In this document: positions 25,002 to 36,112 of the stretch, piece by piece
How the letters are laid out: each line of letters opens with the position of its first letter
How positions within the stretch are numbered: position 1 is the stretch's first letter
Assembly (NCBI GenBank): GCA_013265495.1
Contig: MU057398.1
Coordinates: 124,001 to 188,000, forward strand
Direction of reading: 5' to 3'
DNA length: 64,000 bases
From: Vicugna vicugna
Taxonomy: Eukaryota
Translations under genes and position numbers: made by a program
The notes under the pieces: model-generated
The model's database searches: none
What the model was told of the DNA's origin: nothing
The model's input: only the letters and a program-made list of their open reading frames with translations

Positions 25002-27539
25002 CTGCAAGGAAAGAGCAAAGCCAGTCAGGCCTGAGTGGGCCACAAAGGCCCCCTCACCACTTCTCCTTACACATGCTCTCAAAAGTGAATTACTCATTTG
25101 TGCAAAGTGCTAAATGCCACTGAAACGTTCACTTTAAAATGAGTAACTTTATGTGATATGGATTAACTCCATAAATTATCAGGGAAACAAAAAAAACAAA
25201 ATATCTTGGAAAGTTTACCTCAGAAATGTGAATTTAAATACTGAAATTACAATTCTCACAATAAAAAGATGAAAGGACTGCCCAAGAGGAAAAATCTGAA
25301 TTACTCAGAGCTCCAAGCTCTGTCTCGGAAGGAACCTAGGGGCTGTCTTTTCTTTAAGTCAGGGAGGATGTCCCAAAAGGCCCTTCCTGCTCCAGTGCCC
25401 TTGCAGGCCCTCCTGGGGCGCTCTCTCACACCTCCGTGTGCACCTGTGTGTTTGCCCTTCTCGGCCTGGAGTGCTCTCTTCCCGCACAACCCAAGCCCAC
25501 CAAGTCAGCTCCAACACATCCCACAAAGCCCACGGCTGACATCGCCTCCCTAGGGAGGCAGGGAAGGGCTGGACGTGCCTGCAGCCACCTTGGCACCCCC
25601 CATCACTGCTGGGCCTGGGTACTGCCCTTCCACCAGGCTTTACCTTTCAGGCTTTGGGCTCACGGAGGCCAGGAGCCAGCTTTCTGTTCTGCATTTCTGG
25701 GGTCTAACACGGCAGCCAGCACCAAAAAGGTGGCCAGTGTGAGTTAACAAATGGATGACCGTGGCCTCTTGCCACAGAATAATATGCCATTAATAAATGC
25801 CCATGCTGAGCTCTTTCAACAGAGAGACATTTTCTGTTTTTAGACAAACAGAAGTCAACAGGAGATGATGCTACTCCAGGTCACAGCTTTGAGCCATTTG
25901 AGGGTTCCTAGATGATGGGCTCTGGGGCCACAGCTCTAGTCCCCTGGGTGGGGAGACAGCAGCCCCAGCCGCTCCCTTGGGGCTGGTGGAGCCCCAGCCT
26001 TGACGGTACCCACACAGGTAAATGGGATGGTGGCCACTCGTAAGCAGCTTGCCTTAAGATGCTGAGCTGAGGAGCAGACACAGACCACACCCAAAGGCAG
26101 TAAGGGCTGCCACACACCAGCAGGCATCACAAGTGACGCAAGGCACACGCCTCCCAATAGGTCTTCTCCAGGAGGCACGGTCTGAGCCCCGCACTCTCAG
26201 CCTGGAGCCCAGCTGGCACAGCACCGCAGCCATGGGAACTGCATCCCAGCTGCTGAGGCCGCGCCTGCTTGCCAGGGAGCCCCAGCATCCCGCTGCCACA
26301 GCAGGGCCTTCCTACGTAAAGATAAAGAGACTCTTTCCACCACTTTCTAGAGTGGTGTGTGGGGACCCAGGCCTCAGGCCTAGGGACCGGCTGACTGACT
26401 CATCATGGTGGGAAAGGGCATGGAAGGTGTTCAGTGGAGAGGGCTCACTGCTTCCCTGGGGTCATGCTATCAAACGCCTGCATCCCAGGCCACACTTACG
26501 CCACCATGCTGGACCCCTGGGAGCTGGATCCACCTGGGACCTGAGGTACCAGGCCCCACACTGCAGGACTACAGCGGAGAGGAAGTGGGATCCAGCAGCC
26601 TCAGCTGCACTGCCTGTCTGCATTATTCATTAAGGCAACCACCAATTCAGCCAAAGAGTGCTGGGGCACAAGGAGCGGGGGTAGGAGGCTGGCCCTGAGC
26701 TGGTTGCTGGGCAATGCTCCCACTCACAAAGCGCCAGGGAGCAGAGAGCACTCCACGATCCATCAGGCTAGACCGCAGCAAACCACTTCAACACACTAAA
26801 GGACAAATCCCCAAAAGCCTAAGTGACCTCACTTGGAAAGGGCTTTCATTAAAGTTGATTTTCCTGAAGCAGCAGGGAGCAGGGCAGAAACTAACGGTGC
26901 TCAAGGCCTTGCAAGCAAAGTACAGCTCTTCAGGAGCCAAGGAAACCCATGTGCCTTGAACTCAGCAATGCAGGGGCCCAGTGGCCCTGCCCTGCCCATG
27001 CTGAGGGCCAGCTGGGTATATGGGCCACCAAGAGCTGCTACGCCAGACCACCTGGCCAATGTTGGGTATGGCTTCCAGGTTCTACCCAGAGAGGGGCGAA
27101 CAGGTGGCCCTAAACAAGGGCCAAAATAACCACAAGCAAAGAAGCCAACACAAAATTGGGAGAAACTGAACTCTATTCAATCCTCTTCAGGTCTTTGAAA
27201 GGCCTAAGGCACTTTTGCCAGCTAGGGATCATGAAAAGCAATTGAACGTTCCCTGGCTGCTTCTTAAAAGGATTCTGTTTCTTGTATTTTAAAAAGCACT
27301 AAAAGTATCTGAGGACTGCAGCCGTGGACTCTCACCCCATCCCTTCTGGCAGCAGAGTGACCCGGTCCCCAGTTTCCACATGGGCCAGGCAAGTCTGGGT
27401 TCCCTCCCAACGAGAGCCTCTCCAAGACATGACTTTGGCCTCCCTCCTCCTGGGAGCCTGTTCAAGATCACTGAACTAGCCCCAGCCATCGCCACTACTG
27501 TCTCTCTTCCTAGGTTCCTGGACTAGTGGCTGGTGCCTC

Positions 27540-27780
27540 CAGGGCCGACAGTGCCTATCACTTGAGCCACCCACCATTCTAAGACAGGCTCCTGTCATCC
27601 TTTCCCGGGGTTGTTGCAATAGCCTCTGCATCGGTCTCCCTGCCTCCAGCCTCTTCCCTCCAAATCCATCCACCACAGAACTCCCATGTCACCCTGCCAA
27701 AAATGCCAATTTCAGTATGCCACGCCCCTGGTCCCAGGCTCATCCTGCCCAGAGAATAAAGGTCAAAGGCCTTCCACATG
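27540..27780 (+). mobile_element. L2 LINE fragment
   Basis: ttgcaatagcctc...ggtctccctgcctccagcc...caaatccatccaccacag...agaataaagg. Confidence 0.5.
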
Positions 27781-28646
27781 GCAGCAGGAGAGGCTGCTGA
27801 AAGGCAGAGGCTCAAATGTGAAAACACCTCCTCCTTCCTCCCAGCCATCCCCAGGACACCCAGCCCAGGGCCAGGCCTACTGACTTCCCATGGCCCAGCA
27901 GGCACTCCAGCTGGGTGCAAGTTGAATCCTCGCTGCCCCAGCCAGGCTCCTGCCCAGGCCCCTTCCTCAGCTGCAAGGGCAGACAGGCCAGGCTGAGAAT
28001 GGGCAGAGGCTTGGCATTATGAAAGACTCTGGACCGACCAACCACAGTCATGCCAGAGACCGGCCTGAGAGTCATGACCTTAAGACAAGCGCTCGGCTCA
28101 GGGGCTGCTGCTTCCAAGGAGCAGATATTCGAAGGGACTTTATAGACCTTTCCCCTTGCCGTCTGGACAGGCTTTGCTTCCCTTGCACAGTGCCAGGCAC
28201 ACACATCAAGGTGCACCTTGGCCTGAAGGACTGGGAAACGGGGTCTCAGCCCTGCTAGGCACTCCTCAGTAGTAAGACCTGAGACAGTTCACGACTCCAG
28301 CCTGACCCTCAGCTGCCCAGTCGGAAAATGAAAGGACTGAAGTACATTATTTCCCAGGTCACTGCCAGCTCTGAAACTAATAGTTACAGCAAGAAAAAAG
28401 CTCAGGAGCCAAGCTCCACTTCAGCAAGACAACAAGTAGACGAGCTGAAGCACTGTCTGGGAGCACTTTCTTCCCCACTTCGAGCATCACTCCACAGCTG
28501 GCACTTCTCAGCCAAGCAGGTGCTGTCACAGTGACCTGGGATAGAGGACAGCCCCTCATCAAAATAACAAACCTCTTCATCCCCAGGCCGATTGAGTGGT
28601 GCCCATGTGCATCCAGGCTCGGGGAAGGAAGAAACAAGGATGTTAC

Positions 28647-28762
28647 CGTATACATATCCACTCCAGGATTTCCAAGCGGTACTTCGAGGGGCTACACAGC
28701 AGTTCCTGAATGGTCTTGGGTTCTGTGATATACAGACCCTCGAGGAAGGGGCAGTTGAGCTC
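28647..28762 (-). CDS. HAUS7: HAUS7 coding exon 2: [38 protein letters not shown]
   Basis: AG/GT ends, 116 nt, phase 0-2, near-identical to recalled human HAUS7. Confidence 0.95.
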
Positions 28763-28849
28763 CTAAGCAAGGAAAGGGAAAGCCAGGGAGCTTTAGAAAG
28801 CCAACATCAGGGAAAGGTAAAAACACACTTCTGCCATCATGCTCTTAGT

Positions 28850-30110
28850 GCCCCTCTCACGCGTTTACTGCTGCCACGCCGCCACCAGGCTTGTGACACA
28901 TGCTCCCCTCCCGCAGCGTGTGCGCCCGGCACCCGGGCGGCGCTCTCCATCCCACCCAGAGTTCCATTCCCCTCAGCTCCGCCTCCTCTAAGTACGCCCC
29001 CTCTGGGCTCACGCAGCAGTTTGACCTCGTAGCAACTAGGGGCTTTAGTGACGTTCCGATCCATGCTCGGGGAAAGGGGAGGGAGAGGGACGATCGCGGA
29101 GGGAGGAGGCGGGGGTGAGGGGGACAAGGGGAAAGGGCGGGACAGGGCAGGCGGGATCAGGGACCTGGGACAGATACCCGACGAGCAGGGGCGGGTCTCC
29201 TCACTCCGGCCCCCACCGGCATCTGCCATGGACCCCGCGCGTGTCTCTCCCCCGGAACCCCGCGAGCTCGCTGAGGCGAGGGCCTGTGCCCTCCTGTCTC
29301 CATACCCGCTTTGCGCGCCCGGCCGGGTCCAGCCGAGTTCCGTGCCACAGAGACTAAGGCGCGGGCCCTAACTACCAGTCCCGGGCCGTGGAGACAGCAA
29401 GAGTGAAGGCCCGGGGCCGCCCAAGGAGCAGAGATGGAAGCCCCACAGCCTCCCCTCTGCAGCCGCCACAGAGGCCGCCCGCCTGGCGCCGCCGACTTCC
29501 GCATCAGGCCCTGCCCGCCCCCGCCGCCCGGCCCCCGCCGCCCTGGGGTGGCTCCTCGGCCCCTCGGCACCTTCAGCTTCGTGAACACCTCCACGGCCGC
29601 CTTGAACACGCTGTCGTCGTCCTGACCCTCGTTGCCTCCGCCGCCGCAGCCAGCACCTAGCCCCGCCATGTTTCGCGCTCACAGTCGCACCCCGCCCACG
29701 CCCCGTGCTGACTGGCCGGCCCGGCTGCCAATCAAGCGCAAGCCCCGCGCTCCTCCCACCTGCGCCGGGGCGGGAGCGGGGACCAGAACCAGCGCGCGCA
29801 CAGCTGCAACCAACCCCCTCCCCCACTGAGCCTTCCTATTGGGCCGCGACTCCGCCCGCGCCTCGGCCCCGCCCGGGAGGCTGAGCTCAAGGAAGGGGGC
29901 GGAGCCGAGGTTGGCTGCTGGGTCCCTAGCGGGCTCACGTCTCCCCCGCTGACCCGGGCGGAGGACGCGTCAAGAGGAGCGTCCTCCAGAAGAGGGCGCT
30001 CCTGACTTAGTTGGTTTCTCTGCGGGACGATAAAGGGGAACCTTGGGGACAGGACGAAACTGGGACTTGAGCGTCCGGTCTCCCAGCGCGGGGCTTCGTC
30101 TTTGGTTTCC
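28850..30110. promoter_or_regulatory. CpG-island promoter of HAUS7 (E2F site 29671-29678, CCAAT 29728-29732 and 29838-29842, GC box near 29897, CTCF-like 29986-29999)
   Basis: Dense CpG; motifs TTTCGCGC, CCAAT/ATTGG, GGGCGG, CCAGAAGAGGGCGC read directly. Confidence 0.85.
29571..29669 (-). CDS. HAUS7: HAUS7 (HAUS augmin-like complex subunit 7) coding exon 1: MAGLGAGCGGGGNEGQDDDSVFKAAVEVFTKLK; full gene 7487-29669, 387 aa as assembled
   Basis: ATG in CpG island, donor AAG|GTGCCG; the 10 exons sum to 1164 nt with consistent phases. Confidence 0.93.
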
Positions 30111-30134
30111 CACACTCCCAGCTGTAGTTACAGT

Positions 30135-30339
30135 GGAGCTTCGTGGGTTTGAACCCGGCCCCAGCTGTGTGACTTTGGGCAGGTGACCTAACCTCTCTGT
30201 GCCTCCTTGTCCTCACCTAATATGAAGCACTTACCTCACTGGGTTGCTATGAGGATGAAATGAGGTGACAATTCCTATGAGATACCTAGGACAATACCTG
30301 GTATATAAATAGAACTACGTAAACGTTCACTATTATTAT
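30135..30339 (+). mobile_element. MIR SINE
   Basis: gggtttgaacccggcccc.agctgtgtgactttgggcaggtgacctaacctctctgtgcctc...ctattattat. Confidence 0.85.
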
Positions 30340-31967
30340 GCTGCACCCTGCTCCTTCTACCTCCTCCTCTAGTCTGTCTTTGAACTTCTGGAAAGTTCAG
30401 TGCCTCCTTCCTGCCCTGTCCACTTACAAATGTCTTTGCATCTCTCAGGCCCCTCAAAGTCAATGAGTCAGCAATGAAATTTGTCAGCCTGTCCTCCCCC
30501 ACACCTCCCAAACTCAGTGAACGCCAGCGCCCCCCCCACCAACGTCCCAGGGAAGGAGGGTGGGTGGGGCCCAGGGAGTGGGAAAGCCATGCCAGGCAAC
30601 TGCTACCAGTCCTCCTTGATGCTCTTGAGTCTATTCCTCCTCTGTGCCCCACCCTGCCATCTCCTGAAGAGTGGGATGGAGGGGGTGGGCGTGTCTAGAG
30701 AGAGAGGCAGGCAGACCTAGGGAGCTGACAGGAGACAACTGCGGTCATCTGAGTGACAGGAGAGGACTCAGCTCAGTTTTGGGAAGAGGGGAAGGGCAGG
30801 AGACTGAGCTAACAGGAAAGGACCCCAGCCTGGCCTTGTGGGGCAGGGCCTGATTCCCTACTGAATGGTTTGGAATTCCAAGCTATTCTGAGGACACAAA
30901 GCCTCGAAATTTGAGCTGAAGGGACAGCCTGGGCCCCAGAGCCCGGGGATCTAGAGACTCGCAAAGCACCTTAAGGTCCCTTCCCCCTCCCGCTCCGAGG
31001 AGGCTGCTGCTTTGGGCCCTTCCGGTGGCTGAGGACTCTTAGGGGGTTTTGGGTGGTGGTTGGCTTTTTTTTTTCATCTTTCTTTCTTTTTCTGTTTTTG
31101 TTTTTCTTTCTTTTTGAAAAAATTTCATTTCCATCACAACCCCAGCTCAGACATTCAAATTCTTGTGGGTTTTTCTGTGGATCTTTCCTAGGACTGGGGA
31201 ATTTGGCGGGAGAAACCATGGCGGTGAGGTGGCCTCCCCCACCCTCCCCATATCCTCTGCTCCTGAGGATCGGGAAGAAACCAGCCCCTGTGTATTCTGG
31301 AAGAAAAGCCCTCTTCTCCACCCAGCTGGGCAGAGCCAGCGCTCTAACCAGCCCTTCCCCAACCCAGCAGCTCTGTCTGTGGAATGGGGTGGGGCATGGA
31401 GGGACTGCCAGGGCCTTGAGAGGGGAAGACCATCTCAAGGGGTCCTGGGATCGGTCCCCCTGCCTGAAGAACCTGCCGACCAGCCCTCAGCTAGTAGAAA
31501 TGGTTGCCCACACCACCCCTGAATTATGGTGCCTCCCAGGCATCCTCTGCTGGAAAGACCAGAGTCTGGGATGGGAACAGAGACTCCTGGGTCTCTCAGG
31601 GAGGAGGGAGGAAAGGGCTGCCGAATGGTAGAAGCTTCTGGAAAAGCAGACTCAGGCTCAATACAAGGAAGCACCTCTCTCAGAGGTCACTGTCCAAACA
31701 CTAGCCAGCTGCCTGGAAAAGGAGGGAGCTCCCTGTCCTGGGATGTGTGCAAGCTCAGGAAGGCAGGTAGGCATGTGGAGCACTGGATTGCTACCGTGAA
31801 GAAGGAGTGGCCAGTTCCCTAAGGGGCATTCCTGCGCAGAGCACCTGGGTTCTGTAAGGGAGGCCTTGCGCCATCAGGGGCCAAATATGGGGCTGAAGGA
31901 CAGGTCCGCCTAGAAGGGGATGCGGCTGGCAGGGCAGATGTCAGCGGAGACTGGGGGGCCCTGGGCA

Positions 31968-32005
31968 GAAACTTGGCCATGTGTGGGGGAAACTTGGCCA
32001 TGTGT
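31968..32005. repeat. 17-bp direct repeat gaaacttggccatgtgt x2 (period 21)
   Basis: Copies at 31968-31984 and 31989-32005. Confidence 0.9.
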
Positions 32006-33669
32006 CAGTGCTTGGAAAATAGGTTGGAAAATGAGAACGGTTGACAGGTATTGACCCCACTGTGCCAGGGATGGTCTGGCAGCAGTGATGGCTGAGGCAG
32101 CCAGCCATGTGAGGCACCTCACTTTGCGCCCCAGGCATGGAAATATATAGCCAGCCAGGTGGCTTCACCCAATGGCCTCCCTGCCCTGGGGCAGCAGGGC
32201 TGTTGGCAGGAGCTATGTGGGGCATCGGGTCAGAGGAAGGGCCACAAGAGCATGTTCCAGCTGCCAGACCCCGGGTGCAGGGGGGATCTTAACCACGGCC
32301 CCCCAACAGCCAATCAAAAGAAGCTGAAATTCAAGGGTTTACCTCTCCAGCAAAGAAGAAAAGGCAGATTGGCTTCTGCTGCATCCAACAGGGGTTGAAG
32401 GCCTTGTTCCAAAAGGGGGGAGCTTTTGAGAGATAGAGGATACCTCCAGCCCCGACTCTCCCCACTCCTGAGATTCCCCAGTAAGAAAAGGAGATCAAAG
32501 GACTCCTCACCACATCCTCTGGTGAGCACCAAATGCAGACTCATGAAGAAAAGGCAAGTGAAGAGTGCAAGCACGCAGGCGCACGTGTGGGACATGGGTG
32601 GACATCTCAGGGGAAGGATTCAGTTATGGGATGAGAAGCTTATCCGCTCCATGGGAGAAGTAAATGGCAGTGCCTGGCCTTGGATTTGGGGGAGAAATGA
32701 GACAAGGTCATGAGGTCAGGATAAGGATGGTCTGAGTTCAAAGCTCTCCAGGAGAGACCACTTCCTCTCCTCCCTCCCTCTCCCTGCCTCTCTCTCCCCT
32801 CTCCTTCTCTGACCTCTCTCATCTGCTCCAGACTAAGCTGCCATGATGGGCTGTTGATCACCTGTCCACCCAGGTGCCCAGGGCTTACAGCCAGCCCATG
32901 TCATCTGTGCCAGCCAGAAGCCCACTCAAAAACACACCATCTTCACGCAGATGAGAGGAGGGGTGGGGAACATGAAAGTGGGAGGCCCTTGCAAATGAAA
33001 TGGGAAAAACCCTCAAGGCTGCAGGGACTCCAAACTTTGACCTGAACAGAGAGACCAGAAGAGTTCTGGGAATGAGAATGACACTGACTTTCCCTCGGGT
33101 AGCTGTCATTCACCCACCCTGAGGCCCTAGGGACTGGCCTGGCCAAGCACAAGCTACTGGGGTGGCATAAGTCTGAAGGACCCCAGAGCTGCCACAGTGG
33201 GTCTGACAGATGTGAGTCTGCCCCAAAGGTAGGCTGGGGGGAATCTAGTGGTCTCTGGTCCTAGCACTGGATGGAGGAGACTGTCAACCTAGGAGCTGAC
33301 TGATGACTGCCAGTTCTGGAATGCTCTCATCCTAGGCCTGTGTCCTTCCACATTGGGAGTCTACTGGCACGTAAGGATGGAGAAGCTGCCCTGGGACTTT
33401 GGCCTCCTCTTCCTATCCCTTCTGATCCCTATTCTGGGCAGGGACAGTGGCAGCCCAAGGCAGGGGCAGCTGGAGAGCCAGCCCTTGAGAGGGACAGGTG
33501 GCTCCCTGCCCATGGGACACCTAGGCAATGGCACCCTCACACCCTGTCAAACCCGGGATATTATTATCAGCGGCCTCCTGCCGCTGAGGGGCCCTCAGAG
33601 CCAAGGGGACACAACCCACCCCCAGGCCACAAGCTCCTACAAAACATGTCACGCCTCAGACCCACTCCT

Positions 33670-34200
33670 AGGGTCTGCGAGGGTCTGCGGGTCGCCTCCT
33701 CCCAGGGCGAATGTCGCTTGGAAGCCCAGGAGTTTGGGGGTGGGGGGGTGTTGATGGAGCCAGGCTGCGTGGACAGGGCTGTACCCACAAGTGCATTCCT
33801 GGCCCCGATGGGGCCTGGGGTGGGAACAGACACGGGGGAGAGGGATGGTCACAGATGGGGATGGGCTGGGCCCGTGGGGGCTTTGGGGCTCCCCGCTGGC
33901 GCCCCCGCGCTGGGGGTTTGCAGCGGTCCAGGCACGCGCGCCCAAGGGTAGACGAGCAAGCAGGGCGCGTGCACGCGGCTCGGGGGAGGTGGGGACGCGC
34001 GCAGCTGCATGTGCGCGAGGGCTCAGCCGCACCCCCGGCGGCAGGAGAGGAAATGGCGGGCGGGATGGCCCCCTCCACCGGGAGACACTCCGGTCTAGAC
34101 GGCTTGGCAAGGCTGACGGGGCTGAGTCACATGCGTCTGGAGCTGGAGACGCGGGCGCCAGGACTGGAACACGAACGTGCCCACTCGGGAGGGCCAGGCA
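33670..34200. promoter_or_regulatory. Orphan CpG-rich island between HAUS7 and the ECM2-like gene
   Basis: Dense CpG (gcacgcgcg, gggcgcgtgcacgcgg, gacgcgcgcag); YY1-like AAATGGCG at 34051; AP-1 TGAGTCA at 34123. Confidence 0.6.
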
Positions 34201-35304
34201 GGGGAGGGGGCGCCCAACCTCGCCTTTCTGCTCCCTCGCCCCCAGCCCAACAGGAGCCCGTTTCTGCCCAGCCTGTCCCCTGTCTGAGGCCCCTCCAAGC
34301 CCACCTGGAGGGGCAAGGGCAGCTTCCACAGAGCGTCCAGCAGGGCCCACATTATTGGCAGGAACCATCTGGAATTTCAGACAGAGAAGGAGGATGGGAA
34401 AGTGGCCTCCACGTGCCCCTATGCCCACCATGGCCCTGCTCCCTCAACCCAGCCACATCAGCCACCTGGGACCTTTTAGCCCCCAAACCACCCTTGTTGC
34501 TTTCCACCCCCTCCAGCCCACCTTCCGTTGGCACCCTCCCCTGGGACTCCCACAGCCCAGCAGCCGAAGGCCTCGGCTCTGCTCCCCTGACCTCAGTGCT
34601 CCTTACTACCCACCCCATCCCCAACCGTCGTTGTCCCATTTGGGGGTTCTGTTCTGTGTTCCCTTTCTGTCCTTCTTTCTCTGTCTCTGCCTCAATCTCT
34701 GCCTGTGTCCGTCTGTCTGCCTCTGTGGCTTGCTTGCTCAGGAACACCAGGTCTCAAGCAAGGAAGCACTACGCATGAGTCTGGATCGCCTGATGTATTT
34801 AGTTCTCACAAAAGCATCGGCAAGAAAAACTGTTTAATTGGGACCAGATCCTCTGAGGCTTTAATGGCATTAAAACAAGATAGGTTTTCTCTAGGGAAGA
34901 GATGGCTGGCAATGGGAAGAAGGCATGGAAAGTATGGCTCTTTTCTTCTCAATATTTGAAGAGGAAAAAGGCCACTGTACCTTTATTTATTTACGATAGA
35001 TGCCCGAGCATGTGCCAGAGAGACCCTCCCACACGCCTCCACCCATAGGTAGACTGGCATCTGTGTGCACACGTGTGCACAAGTTGCCCGGGTGCACACA
35101 CACATGCTGGCTTTGATGTTACTCGGATACAATGTGGAAGGCGTAAGAACAGGCCTGTTCCCTTGCTCTTGAGGGGTCACCCCAAGGGTATGTCTTTGGC
35201 TGTAGAGCCACTGTTCTGTCCTGGGCCCTGATGGAAAGTCTGGTACACAGTAAGGGCTCAAGGCACTTGTCAAATGACAGGCAGTGGGAGGGTAGAACTG
35301 GTAA

Positions 35305-36112
35305 CCCAGACCTTGGCCCTGAGCTCCAGATTCATGCAGAGAACTGCCTTATAGACATTACTGCTTGGCTGTCTAATCACCAACCTCACACCTGACAGGT
35401 CAGGAGCTGGAGTCCCCAGCTTCTGTCCCAGGCTCATTCCGCCCACAGTGTTCTCACTCCACCCACTTCCCCCACCTGCAGCCTCCACCCTGGGCAAGCC
35501 AGATAACCTCTCCCCAGGAAAGTGCAGCTGCCTCTGCACTGGCTTTCTCCTTCTGCCCTTGTGCCCCCAACACGTCTGTGCTCCACCCCGCAGCCTGAAG
35601 GATCCTTTTATAAGTCAGATCATGTGTGGCTCCTCTGCTCAGAAGTCCACAGTGGTCCCCTGCTTCTTTTAAGGTCAAAGTCAAAGTCCACCTGCCACCC
35701 TTCAATGCCCTATCAAGCTGGCCCTTCCACTCTTCCCTAGCCTCACCCCTCATTCAGCCTGCTCCACTGCACTGGTCTCCTTGCTGGTTCTCAAATTGGG
35801 CCAAACCCTTCCTGCCTCAGGGCCTTTGCACTGGCCATCCCTCCTTTTGGGAGGGCTCTTTACCAGAACTCTTCTGGTGTAGCTATCTCCTTTTCACTCA
35901 CGCCTCCACCCAAATGTCACTTTCTCACAGTCCTCATCCCATCCCCTGTCAAAAGTGTCTCTCTCTCCAGCTGCCATGGCCAGCCCTTTTCCTCACACCC
36001 CCCAGTCTGTGAGCACAGGGCAGCTGGCCACATGGCTCACCGCTGTACCGCTCACAGCGCCAGGCACAGTGCCTAGCCCACAGCAAGGGCTCAGGGATAT
36101 TCAGTGAATGAA
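35305..36112 (+). mobile_element. L2 LINE 3' end
   Basis: cctgagctccagattc...tgcctcagggcctttgcactggc...cacagtgcctagcccacagcaagggctcag...tgaatgaa terminal motif. Confidence 0.8.

Noticed and set aside
33649..34837. Overlapping long ORFs of 355, 348 and 260 aa
   Set aside because: Low-complexity G/R/A/P translations open in several frames over a CpG island; no recognisable domain
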